Counted from the first letter of the stretch, positions 48,700 to 59,993 are shown. The stretch is DNA of 64,000 nt from Eledone cirrhosa (GCA_964016885.1 OZ024742.1:806001-870000), one strand, 5' to 3'. Program-made: numbers and translations. Notes: generated by a model not told the origin, from the letters alone.

Positions 48700-51600
48700 C
48701 TGTGTAGGTGTGTGGTCTAGTGGTAAAGGTGTTCGTGGAAGTGTGTGGTCTAGTGGTAAAGGTGTTAGTGGAGGTGTGTGGTCTAGTGGTAAAGGTGTTC
48801 TGTGGAGGTGTGTGGGCTAGTGGTAAAGGTCTTCTGTGGAAGTGTGTGGTCTAGTGGTAAAGGTGTTAGTGGAGGTGTGTGGCCTAGTGGTAAAGGTGTT
48901 CTGTGGAGGTGTGGTCTAGTGGTAAAGGTGTTCTGTGGAGGTGTGTGGTCTAGTGGTAAAGGTGTTCTGTAGAGATGTGTGGTCTAGTTGTAAAGTTGTT
49001 AGTGGAGGTGTGTGGCCTAGTGGTAAAGGTGTTCTGTGGAGGTGTGTGGTCTCGTGGTAAAGGTGTTCTGTAAAGGTGTGTGGTCTAGTGGTAAATGTCT
49101 TCTGTAGAGGTGTGTGGTCTAGTGGTAAAGGTGTTCTGTGGAGGTGTGTGGTCTAGTAGTAAAGGTGTTCTGTGGAGGTGTGTGGTCTCGTGGTAAAGGT
49201 GTTCTGTGGAGGTGCGTGGTCTAGTGGTAAAGGTATTCTGTAGAGGTGTGTGGTCTAGTGGTAAAGGTATTCTGTAGAGGTGTGTGGTCTAGTGGTAAAG
49301 GTGTTCTGTGGAGGTGTGTGGTCTAGTAGTAAAGGTGTTCTGTGGAGCTGTGTGGTCTCGTGGTAAAGGTGTTCTGTGGAGGTGCGTGGTCTAGTGGTAA
49401 AGGTATTCTGTGGAGGTGTGTGGTCTAGTGGTAAAGGTGTTAGAGGAGGTGTGTGGTCTAGTGGTAAAGGTGTTAGTGGAGGTGTGTGGTCTAGTGGTAA
49501 AGGTGTTAGTGGCGGTGTGTGGTCTACTGGTAAAGGTGTTAGTGGAGGTGTGTGGTCTAGTGGTAAAGGTGTTAGTGGAGGTGTGTTGTCTAGTGGTAAA
49601 GGTGTTAGTGGAGGTGCGTGGTCTATTGGTAAAGGTGTTAGTGGAGGTGTGTGGTCTAGTGGTAAAGGTGTTCTGTGGAGGTGTGTGGTCTAGTGGTAAA
49701 GGTGTTAGTGGAGGTGTGTGGTCTAGTAGTAAAGGTGTTAGTGGAGGTGTGTGGTCTAGTGGTAAAGGTGTTCTGTGGAGGTGTGTGGTCTAGTGGTAAA
49801 GGTGTTAGTGGAGGTGTGTGGTCTAGTGGTAAAGGTGTTAGTGGATGTGTGTGGTCTAGTGGTAAAGGTGTTAGTGGAGGTCTGTGGTCTAGTGGTAAAG
49901 GTGTTAGTGGAGGTGTGTGGTCTAGTGGTAAAGGTGTTAGTGGAGGTGTGTGGTCTAGTGGTAAAGGTGTTAGTGGAGGTGTGTGGTCTAGTGGTAAAGG
50001 TGTTAGTGGAGGTGTGTGGTCTAGTGGTAAAGGTGTTAGTGGAGGTGTGTGGTCTAGTGGTAAAGGTGTTAGTGGAGGTGTGTGGTCTAGTGGTAAAGGT
50101 GTTAGTGGATGTGTGTGGTCTAGTGGTAAAGGTGTTAGTGGAGGTCTGTGGTCTAGTGGTAAAGGTGTTAGTGGAGGTGTGTGGTCTAGTGGTAAAGGTG
50201 TTAGTGGAGGTGTGTGGTCTAGTGGTAAAGGTGTTAGTGGATGTGTGTGGTCTAGTGGTAAAGGTGTTAGTGGAGGTGTGTGGTCTAGTGGTAAAGGTGT
50301 TAGTGGAGGTGTGTGGTCTAGTGGTAAAGGTGTTAGTGGAGGTGTGTGGTCTAGTGGTAAAGGTGTTCTGTAGAGGTGTGTGGTCTAGTGGTAAAGGTGT
50401 TCTGTGTAGGTGTGTGGTCTAGTGATAAAGGTGTTAGTGGAGGTGTGTGGTCTAGTGGTAAAGGTGTTCTGTGTAGGTGTGTGGTCTAGTGGTAAAGGTG
50501 TTCGTGGAAGTGTGTGGTCTAGTGGTAAAGGTGTTAGTGGAGGTGTGTGGTCTAGTGGTAAAGGTGTTCTGTGGAGGTGTGTGGGCTAGTGGTAAAGGTC
50601 TTCTGTGGAAGTGTGTGGTCTAGTGGTAAAGGTGTTAGTGGAGGTGTGTGGCCTAGTGGTAAAGGTGTTCTGTGGAGGTGTGGTCTAGTGGTAAAGGTGT
50701 TCTGTGGAGGTGTGTGGTCTAGTGGTAAAGGTGTTCTGTAGAGATGTGTGGTCTAGTTGTAAAGGTGTTAGTGGAGGTGTGTGGCCTAGTGGTAAAGGTG
50801 TTCTGTGGAGGTGTGTGGTCTCGTGGTAAAGGTGTTCTGTAAAGGTGTGTGGTCTAGTGGTAAATGTCTTCTGTAGAGGTGTGTGGTCTAGTGGTAAAGG
50901 TGTTCTGTGGAGGTGTGTGGTCTAGTAGTAAAGGTGTTCTGTGGAGGTGTGTGGTCTCGTGGTAAAGGTGTTCTGTGGAGGTGCGTGGTCTAGTGGTAAA
51001 GGTATTCTGTAGAGGTGTGTGGTCTAGTGGTAAAGGTATTCTGTAGAGGTGTGTGGTCTAGTGGTAAAGGTGTTCTGTGGAGGTGTGTGGTCTAGTAGTA
51101 AAGGTGTTCTGTGGAGCTGTGTGGTCTCGTGGTAAAGGTGTTCTGTGGAGGTGCGTGGTCTAGTGGTAAAGGTATTCTGTGGAGGTGTGTGGTCTAGTGG
51201 TAAAGGTGTTAGAGGAGGTGTGTGGTCTAGTGGTAAAGGTGTTAGTGGAGGTGTGTGGTCTAGTGGTAAAGGTGTTAGTGGCGGTGTGTGGTCTACTGGT
51301 AAAGGTGTTAGTGGAGGTGTGTGGTCTAGTGGTAAAGGTGTTAGTGGAGGTGTGTTGTCTAGTGGTAAAGGTGTTAGTGGAGGTGCGTGGTCTATTGGTA
51401 AAGGTGTTAGTGGAGGTGTGTGGTCTAGTGGTAAAGGTGTTCTGTGGAGGTGTGTGGTCTAGTGGTAAAGGTGTTAGTGGAGGTGTGTGGTCTAGTAGTA
51501 AAGGTGTTAGTGGAGGTGTGTGGTCTAGTGGTAAAGGTGTTCTGTGGAGGTGTGTGGTCTAGTGGTAAAGGTGTTAGTGGAGGTGTGTGGTCTAGTGGTA

Positions 51601-54600
51601 AAGGTGTTAGTGGAGGTGTGTGGTCTCGTGGTAAAAGTGTTAGTGGAGGTGTGTGGTCTAGTGGTAAAGGTGTTAGTGGAGGTGTGTGCTCTAGTGGTAA
51701 AGGTGTTAGTGGAGGTGTGTGGTCTAGTGGTAAAGGTGTTAGTGGAGGTGTGTGGTTTAGTGGTAAAGGTGTTAGTGGAGGTGTGTGGTCTAGTGGTATA
51801 GTTGTTAGTGGAGGTGTGTGGTCTAGTGGTAAAGGTGTTCTGTGGAGGTGTGTGGTCTAGTGGTAAAGGTTTTAGTGGAGGTGTGTGGCCTAGTGGTAAA
51901 GGTGTTAGTGGAGGTGTGTGGTCTAGTGGTAAAGTTTTTTTGTAGAGGTGTGTGGTCTAGTGGTAAAGGTGTTCTGTGGAGGTGTGTGGTCTAGTGGTAA
52001 ATGTGTTAGTGGAGGTGTGTGGTCTAGTGGTAAAGGTGTTAGTGGAGGTGTGTGGTCTAGTGGTAAAGGTGTTCTGTGGAGGTGTGTGGTCTAGTGGTAA
52101 AGGTTTTAGTGGAGGTGTGTGGCCTAGTGGTAAAGGTGTTAGTGGAGGTGTGTGGTCTAGTGGTAAAGTTTTTTTGTAGAGGTGTGTGGTCTAGTGGTAA
52201 AGGTGTTCTGTGGAGGTGTGTGGTCTAGTGGTAAATGTGTTAGTGGAGGTGTGTGGTCTAGTGGTAAAGGTGTTAGTGGAGGTGTGTGGTCTAGTGGTAA
52301 AGGTGTTAGTGGAGGTGTGTGGTCTAGTGGTAAAGGTGTTAGTGGAGGTGTGTGGTCTAGTGGTAAAGGTGTTCTGTAGAGGTGTGTGGTCTAGTGGTAA
52401 AGGTGTTCTGTGGAGGTGTGTGGTCTAGTGGTAAAGGTGTTAGTGGAGGTGTGTGGTCTAGTGGTAAAGGTGTTAGTTGATGTGTGTGGTCTAGTGGTAA
52501 AGGTGTTCTGTGGAGGTGTGTGGTCTAGTGGTAAAGGTGTTCTGTAGAGGTGTATGGTCTAGTGGTAAAGGTGTTCTGTGGAGGTGTGTGGTCTAGTGGT
52601 ATAGGTGTTAGTGGAGGTGTGTGGTCTAGTGGTAAAGGTGTTCTGTGGAGGTGTGTGGTCTAGTGGTAAAGGTGTTCTGTAGAGGTGTGTGGTCTAGTGG
52701 TAAAGGTGTTAGTGGAGGTGTGTGGTCTAGTGGTAAAGGTGTTCTGTGGAGGTGTGTGGTCTAGTGGTAAAGGTGTTAGTGGAGGTGTGTGGTCTAGTGG
52801 TAAAGGTGTTCTGTAGGTGTGTGGTCTAGTGGTAAAGGTGTTAATGGAGGTGTGTGGTCTAGTGGTAAAGGTGTTAGTGGAGGTCTGTGGTCTAGTGGTA
52901 AAGGTGTTCTGTGTAGGTGTGTGGTCTAGTGGTAAAGGTGTTAGTGGATGTGTGTGGTCTAGTGGTAAAGGTGTTCTGTGGAGGTGTGTGGTCTAGTGGT
53001 AAAGGTGTTAGTGGAGGTGTGTGGCCTAGTGGTAAAGGTGTTAGTGGAGGTGTGTGGTCTAGTGGTAAAGGTGTTCTGTGGAGGTGTGTGGTCTAGTGGT
53101 AAAGGTGTTCTGTAGAGGTGTGTGGTCTAGTTGTAAAGGTGTTAGTGGAGGTGTGTGGCCTAGTGGTAAAGGTGTTCTGTGGAGGTGTGTGGTCTCGTGG
53201 TAAAGGTGTTCTGTAGAGGTGTGTGGTCTAGTGGTAAAGGTATTCTGTAGAGGTGTGTGGTCTAGTGGTAAAGGTGTTCTGTGGAGGTGTGTGGTCTAGT
53301 AGTAAAGGTGTTCTGTGGAGGTGTGTGGTCTCGTGGTAAAGGTGTTCTGTGGAGGTGCGTGGTCTAGTGGTAAAGGTATTCTGTGGAGGTGTGTGGTCTA
53401 GTGGTAAAGGTGTTAGAGGAGGTGTGTGGTCTAGTGGTAAAGGTGTTAGTGGAGGTGTGTGGTCTAGTGGTAAAGGTGTTAGTGGCGGTGTGTGGTCTAC
53501 TGGTAAAGGTGTTAGTGGAGGTGTGTGGTCTAGTGGTAAAGGTGTTAGTGGAGGTGTGTTGTCTAGTGGTAAAGGTGTTAGTGGAGGTGCGTGGTCTATT
53601 GGTGGAGGTGTGTGGTCTAGTGGTAAAGGTGTTCTGTGGAGGTGTGTGGTCTAGTGGTAAAGGTGTTAGTGGAGGTGTGTGGTCTAGTAGTAAAGGTGTT
53701 AGTGGAGGTGTGTGGTCTAGTGGTAAAGGTGTTCTGTGGAGGTGTGTGGTCTAGTGGTAAAGGTGTTAGTGGAGGTGTGTGGTCTAGTGGTAAAGGTGTT
53801 AGTGGAGGTGTGTGGTCTCGTGGTAAAAGTGTTAGTGGAGGTGTGTGGTCTAGTGGTAAAGGTGTTAGTGGAGGTGTGTGGTCTAGTGGTAAAGGTGTTA
53901 GTGGAGGTGTGTGGTCTAGTGGTAAAGGTGTTAGTGGAGGTGTGTGGTCTCGTGGTAAAAGTGTTAGTGGAGGTGTGTGGTCTAGTGGTAAAGGTGTTAG
54001 TGGAGGTGTGTGCTCTAGTGGTAAAGGTGTTAGTGGAGGTGTGTGGTCTAGTGGTAAAGGTGTTAGTGGAGGTGTGTGGTTTAGTGGTAAAGGTGTTAGT
54101 GGAGGTGTGTGGTCTAGTGGTATAGTTGTTAGTGGAGGTGTGTGGTCTAGTGGTAAAGGTGTTCTGTGGAGGTGTGTGGTCTAGTGGTAAAGGTTTTAGT
54201 GGAGGTGTGTGGCCTAGTGGTAAAGGTGTTAGTGGAGGTGTGTGGTCTAGTGGTAAAGTTTTTTTGTAGAGGTGTGTGGTCTAGTGGTAAAGGTGTTCTG
54301 TGGAGGTGTGTGGTCTAGTGGTAAATGTGTTAGTGGAGGTGTGTGGTCTAGTGGTAAAGGTGTTAGTGGAGGTGTGTGGTCTAGTGGTAAAGGTGTTCTG
54401 TGGAGGTGTGTGGTCTAGTGGTAAAGGTTTTAGTGGAGGTGTGTGGCCTAGTGGTAAAGGTGTTAGTGGAGGTGTGTGGTCTAGTGGTAAAGTTTTTTTG
54501 TAGAGGTGTGTGGTCTAGTGGTAAAGGTGTTCTGTGGAGGTGTGTGGTCTAGTGGTAAATGTGTTAGTGGAGGTGTGTGGTCTAGTGGTAAAGGTGTTAG

Positions 54601-56800
54601 TGGAGGTGTGTGGTCTAGTGGTAAAGGTGTTAGTGGAGGTGTGTGGTCTAGTGGTAAAGGTGTTAGTGGAGGTGTGTGGTCTAGTGGTAAAGGTGTTCTG
54701 TAGAGGTGTGTGGTCTAGTGGTAAAGGTGTTCTGTGGAGGTGTGTGGTCTAGTGGTAAAGGTGTTAGTGGAGGTGTGTGGTCTAGTGGTAAAGGTGTTAG
54801 TTGATGTGTGTGGTCTAGTGGTAAAGGTGTTCTGTGGAGGTGTGTGGTCTAGTGGTAAAGGTGTTCTGTAGAGGTGTATGGTCTAGTGGTAAAGGTGTTC
54901 TGTGGAGGTGTGTGGTCTAGTGGTATAGGTGTTAGTGGAGGTGTGTGGTCTAGTGGTAAAGGTGTTCTGTGGAGGTGTGTGGTCTAGTGGTAAAGGTGTT
55001 CTGTAGAGGTGTGTGGTCTAGTGGTAAAGGTGTTAGTGGAGGTGTGTGGTCTAGTGGTAAAGGTGTTCTGTGGAGGTGTGTGGTCTAGTGGTAAAGGTGT
55101 TAGTGGAGGTGTGTGGTCTAGTGGTAAAGGTGTTCTGTAGGTGTGTGGTCTAGTGGTAAAGGTGTTAATGGAGGTGTGTGGTCTAGTGGTAAAGGTGTTA
55201 GTGGAGGTCTGTGGTCTAGTGGTAAAGGTGTTCTGTGTAGGTGTGTGGTCTAGTGGTAAAGGTGTTAGTGGATGTGTGTGGTCTAGTGGTAAAGGTGTTC
55301 TGTGGAGGTGTGTGGTCTAGTGGTAAAGGTGTTAGTGGAGGTGTGTGGCCTAGTGGTAAAGGTGTTAGTGGAGGTGTGTGGTCTAGTGGTAAAGGTGTTC
55401 TGTGGAGGTGTGTGGTCTAGTGGTAAAGGTGTTCTGTAGAGGTGTGTGGTCTAGTTGTAAAGGTGTTAGTGGAGGTGTGTGGCCTAGTGGTAAAGGTGTT
55501 CTGTGGAGGTGTGTGGTCTCGTGGTAAAGGTGTTCTGTAGAGGTGTGTGGTCTAGTGGTAAAGGTATTCTGTAGAGGTGTGTGGTCTAGTGGTAAAGGTG
55601 TTCTGTGGAGGTGTGTGGTCTAGTAGTAAAGGTGTTCTGTGGAGGTGTGTGGTCTCGTGGTAAAGGTGTTCTGTGGAGGTGCGTGGTCTAGTGGTAAAGG
55701 TATTCTGTGGAGGTGTGTGGTCTAGTGGTAAAGGTGTTAGAGGAGGTGTGTGGTCTAGTGGTAAAGGTGTTAGTGGAGGTGTGTGGTCTAGTGGTAAAGG
55801 TGTTAGTGGCGGTGTGTGGTCTACTGGTAAAGGTGTTAGTGGAGGTGTGTGGTCTAGTGGTAAAGGTGTTAGTGGAGGTGTGTTGTCTAGTGGTAAAGGT
55901 GTTAGTGGAGGTGCGTGGTCTATTGGTGGAGGTGTGTGGTCTAGTGGTAAAGGTGTTCTGTGGAGGTGTGTGGTCTAGTGGTAAAGGTGTTAGTGGAGGT
56001 GTGTGGTCTAGTAGTAAAGGTGTTAGTGGAGGTGTGTGGTCTAGTGGTAAAGGTGTTCTGTGGAGGTGTGTGGTCTAGTGGTAAAGGTGTTAGTGGAGGT
56101 GTGTGGTCTAGTGGTAAAGGTGTTAGTGGAGGTGTGTGGTCTCGTGGTAAAAGTGTTAGTGGAGGTGTGTGGTCTAGTGGTAAAGGTGTTAGTGGAGGTG
56201 TGTGGTCTAGTGGTAAAGGTGTTAGTGGAGGTGTGTGGTCTAGTGGTAAAGGTGTTAGTGGAGGTGTGTGGTTTAGTGGTAAAGGTGTTAGTGGAGGTGT
56301 GTGGTTTAGTGGTAAAGGTGTTAGTGGAGGTGTGTGGTCTAGTGGTATAGTTGTTAGTGGAGGTGTGTGGTCTAGTGGTAAAGGTGTTCTGTGGAGGTGT
56401 GTGGTCTAGTGGTAAAGGTTTTAGTGGAGGTGTGTGGCCTAGTGGTAAAGGTGTTAGTGGAGGTGTGTGGTCTAGTGGTAAAGTTTTTTTGTAGAGGTGT
56501 GTGGTCTAGTGGTAAAGGTGTTCTGTGGAGGTGTGTGGTCTAGTGGTAAATGTGTTAGTGGAGGTGTGTGGTCTAGTGGTAAAGGTGTTAGTGGAGGTGT
56601 GTGGTCTAGTGGTAAAGGTGTTAGTGGAGGTGTGTGGTCTAGTGGTAAAGGTGTTAGTGGAGGTGTGTGGTCTAGTGGTAAAGGTGTTAGTGGAGGTGTG
56701 TGGTCTAGTGGTAAAGGTGTTCTGTAGAGGTGTGTGGTCTAGTGGTAAAGGTGTTCTGTGGAGGTGTGTGGTCTAGTGGTAAAGGTGTTAGTGGAGGTGT
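48700..56800 (+). repeat. Distal higher-order units with periods of 1769, 2204 and 2324 bp
   Basis: The MEVRGL-type ORF marker recurs at 49376, 51145, 53349 and 55673. Variants confined to this part include GGTCTACTGG and AAAGTTTTTTTGTAG. Confidence 0.85.
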
Positions 56801-59223
56801 GTGGTCTAGTGGTAAAGGTGTTCTGTGGAGGTGTGTGGTCTAGTGGTAAAGGTGTTCTGTAGAGGTGTATGGTCTAGTGGTAAAGGTGTTCTGTGGAGGT
56901 GTGTGGTCTAGTGGTATAGGTGTCAGTGGAGGTGTATGGTCTAGTGGTAAAGGTGTTCTGTGGAGGTGTGTGGTCTAGTGGTAAAGGTGTTAGTGGAGGT
57001 GTGTGGTCTAGTGGTAAAGGTGTTAGTGGAGGTGTGTGGTCTAGTGGTAAAGGTGTTAGTGGATGTGTGTGGTCTAGTGGTAAAGGTGTTAGTGGAGGTG
57101 TGTGGTCTAGTGGTAAAGGTGTTCTGTGGAGGTGTGTGGTCTAGTGGTAAAGGTGTTCTGTGGAGGTGTGTGGTCTAGTGGTAAAGGTGTGTGGTCTAGT
57201 GGTAAAGGTGTTAGTGGAGGTGTGTGGTCTAGTGGTAAAGGTGTTAGTGGAAGTGTGTGGTCTAGTGGTAAAGGTGTTCTGTAGAGGTGTGTGGTCTAGT
57301 GGTAAAGGTGTTCTGTGGAGGTGTGTGGTCTAGTGGTAAAGGTGTTAGTGGAGGTGTGTGGTCTAGTGGTAAAGGTGTTAGTGGAGGTGTGTGGTCTAGT
57401 GGTAAAGGTGTTCTGTAGAGGTGTGTGGTCTAGTGGTAAAGGTGTTCTGTGGAGGTGTGTTGTCTCGTGGTAAAGGTGTTCTGTGGAGGTGTGTGGTCTA
57501 GTGGTAAAGGTCTTCTGTAGAGGTGTGTGGTCTAGTGGTAAAGGTCTTCTGTAGAGGTGTGTGGTCTAGTGGTAAAGGTGTTCTGTGGAGGTGTGTGGTC
57601 TAGTGGTAAAGGTGTTCTGTAAAGGTGTGTGGTCTAGTGGTAAAGGTCTTCTGTAGAGGTGTGTTGTCTCGTGGTAAAGGCGTTAGTGGAGGTGTGTGGT
57701 CTAGTGGTAAATGTGTTCTGTGGAGGTGTGTGGTCTAGTGGTAAAGGTGTTCTGTGGAGGTGTGTGGTCTAGTGGTATAGGTGTTCTGTGGAGGTGTGTG
57801 GTCTTGTGGTAAAGGTGTTAGTGGAGGTGTGTGGTCTAGTGGTAAAGGTGTTCTGTGGAGGTGTGTGGTCTAGTGGTAAAGGTTTTAGTGGAGGTGTGTG
57901 GCCTAGTGGTAAAGGTGTTAGTGGAGGTGTGTGGTCTAGTGGTAAAGTTTTTTTGTAGAGGTGTGTGGTCTAGTGGTAAAGGTGTTCTGTGGAGGTGTGT
58001 GGTCTAGTGGTAAATGTGTTAGTGGAGGTGTGTGGTCTAGTGGTAAAGGTGTTAGTGGAGGTGTGTGGTCTAGTGGTAAAGGTGTTAGTGGAGTTGTGTG
58101 GTCTAGTGGTAAAGGTGTTAGTGGAGGTGTGTGGTCTAGTGGTAAAGGTGTTCTGTAGAGGTGTGTGGTCTAGTGGTAAAGGTGTTCTGTGGAGGTGTGT
58201 GGTCTAGTGGTAAAGGTGTTAGTGGAGGTGTGTGGTCTAGTGGTAAAGGTGTTAGTTGATGTGTGTGGTCTAGTGGTAAAGGTGTTCTGTGGAGGTGTGT
58301 GGTCTAGTGGTAAAGGTGTTCTGTAGAGGTGTATGGTCTAGTGGTAAAGGTGTTCTGTGGAGGTGTGTGGTCTAGTGGTATAGGTGTTAGTGGAGGTGTG
58401 TGGTCTAGTGGTAAAGGTGTTCTGTGGAGGTGTGTGGTCTAGTGGTAAAGGTGTTAGTGGAGGTGTGTGGTCTAGTGGTAAAGGTGTTAGTGGAGGTGTG
58501 TGGTCTAGTGGTAAAGGTGTTAGTGGATGTGTGTGGTCTAGTGGTAAAGGTGTTAGTGGATGTGTGTGGTCTAGTGGTAAAGGTGTTCTGTGGAGGTGTG
58601 TGGTCTAGTGGTAAAGGTGTTCTGTGGAGGTGTGTGGTCTAGTGGTAAAGGTGTTAGTGGAGGTGTGTGGTCTAGTGGTAAAGGTGTTAGTGGAGGTGTG
58701 TGGTCTAGTGGTAAAGGTGTTAGTGGAGGTGTGTGGTCTAGTGGTAAAGGTGTTCTGTAGAGGTGTGTGGTCTAGTGGTAAAGGTCTTCTGTAGAGGTGT
58801 GTTGTCTCGTGGTAAAGGTGTTCTGTGGAGGTGTGTGGTCTAGTGGTAAAGGTGTTCTGTGGAGGTGTGTGGTCTAGTGGTAAAGGTGTTCTGTAAAGGT
58901 GTGTGGTCTAGTGGTAAAGGTCTTCTGTAGAGGTGTGTGGTCTAGTGGTAAAGGTGTTCTGTGGAGGTGTGTGGTCTAGTGGTAAAGGTGTTCTGTAAAG
59001 GTGTGTGGTCTAGTGGTAAAGGTCTTCTGTAGAGGTGTGTTGTCTCGTGGTAAAGGCGTTAGTGGAGGTGTGTGGTCTAGTGGTAAAGGTGTTCTGTGGA
59101 GGTGTGTGGTCTAGTGGTAAAGGTGTTCTGTGGAGGTGTGTGTTCTAGTGGTATAGGTGTTCTGTGGAGGTGTGTGGTCTTGTGGTAAAGGTGTTAGTGG
59201 AGGTGTGTGGTCTAGTGGTAAAG

Positions 59224-59435
59224 GTGTTGTGTTCTTGAGCAAGACACTCCATTTCATGTTGCTCCAGTATACACAGCTGAAAATGAGTACCAGCAATAGC
59301 TGTGGGTTTAATCCGGTGATGGAACAGCATGATATCCAGAGAGGAGTCCTGTACTCTGTTACTTCATGCCACAGAAACCAGGATAAGCACTGACCTGATA
59401 AATGCCCTGGCTTGAGACAAAGACTTTAGATTTTT
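59224..59435 (+). mobile_element. CORE-type SINE body and 3' tail fused directly to the last satellite monomer (B-box region absent)
   Basis: GTGTTGTGTTCTTGAGCAAGACACTCC…CCAGT…CAGCTGAAAATGAGTAC resembles the CORE domain (MIR-type CCTTGGGCAAGTCACTT…CTGTAAAATG). Bases 59224-59268 match 61564-61608 at 38/45 without gaps. The downstream GATGGAACAGCATGATATCCAG…CTTCATGCCACAGAAACCAGGATAAGC…AGACTTTA resembles 3' tails of invertebrate and fish SINE2 families (from recall). Confidence 0.8.
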
Positions 59436-59545
59436 AGAACCAAGTAATGTATGTTTCCATTGGTCTTTACTGATACTAGCACTTCTCTCCTGGTACACCA
59501 ATCAACTGATCTATCAATCAAGTAAACTGAGAAACTGTAACTTAC

Positions 59546-59636
59546 CCAGTAGTTCTTTAACAAAAACTGAACTACTGTTCTTGAGGACTCCGACTATGTC
59601 AGTACGGATGAGGTCAGAATTCTTCTCTCGGAAATC
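59546..59636 (-). CDS. MYO9: Internal coding exon of an unconventional myosin, most likely class IX (motor domain)
   Basis: The minus strand reads ttttttaatcag|GAT TTC CGA GAG AAG AAT…GAA CTA CTG G|gtaag: a canonical acceptor with a pyrimidine tract, a GTAAG donor, 91 nt, phase 0 to phase 1. The peptide DFREKNSDLIRTDIVGVLKNSSSVFVKELLG aligns by recall with myosin IX [31 protein letters not shown]. Confidence 0.85.
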
Positions 59637-59793
59637 CTGATTAAAAAATATAAAAAAAATAATATTTACCTTTATCGTTATACACCCCCCCCCCCCAAAC
59701 ACACAATTCGCACACCCACCCACAACAACTCGCGCGCGCACACCCACAGACACACCAAACACTTCTAAAGCCATGCTATATCAACATATAGTA

Positions 59794-59993
59794 TACAACT
59801 TGTGGGCTGAAAAGTTCATAGGTTGACTATGAAAGATTGATGTTGAAGATGTGAAATCTTGCATGCATTAATTTCAATTTTTTTTATTAATAACTATTAA
59901 TAACTCTAGGGATTATATTTAAAAATAAACCTAATTTGGTCATTCCATGAGAGTATCTTGGTTAGCCTAAGAACTTTTCATCCAACCCTTGTG
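59794..59993. mobile_element. ~200-bp Tc1/mariner-like MITE, degraded
   Basis: Terminal inverted repeats: left TACAACTTGTGGGCTGAAAAGTTCATAGGTTGAC and right GTTAGCCTAAGAACTTTTCATCCAACCCTTGTG. The core TGAAAAGTTC(A/T)TAGG matches at 14/15. They resemble mariner-type TACGAGGGTTGGCTGAAAAGTTC ends, and there is a left TA. Confidence 0.7.

Larger units (their letters stand above)
1..59228 (+). repeat. Satellite array of 33-bp (…GTGTTAG) and 34-bp (…GTGTTCTG) monomers, roughly 1,770 copies, continuing past the window's left edge
   Basis: Seen directly: uninterrupted head-to-tail TGGAGGTGTGTGGTCTAGTGGTAAAGGTGTT(AG|CTG) with scattered point variants. The last monomer spans 59198-59228. The copy number is length divided by about 33.4 bp, not an exact count. 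Confidence 0.99.

Noticed and set aside
100-58642. Many 60-230 aa ORFs (VEVCGLVVKVL / GGVWSSGKGVS repeats)
   Set aside because: They are translations of 33-bp monomer runs that shift frame at every 34-mer, mostly start at GTG or TTG, and show no sign of being coding.
1-59228. CRISPR-like array (33-34 bp repeats)
   Set aside because: There are no unique spacers and no cas genes, and the context is eukaryotic.
1-59228. Telomeric or telomerase-made repeat
   Set aside because: The G-rich strand runs 5'->3' into unique sequence, which is the opposite of a left chromosome end. The monomer is better explained by the SINE head, and the array appears intronic.
59514-59774. 86-aa minus-strand ORF as a complete gene
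   Set aside because: Only 59546-59636 is myosin-like and bounded by splice sites. The rest is intronic poly-G/GT low-complexity sequence.
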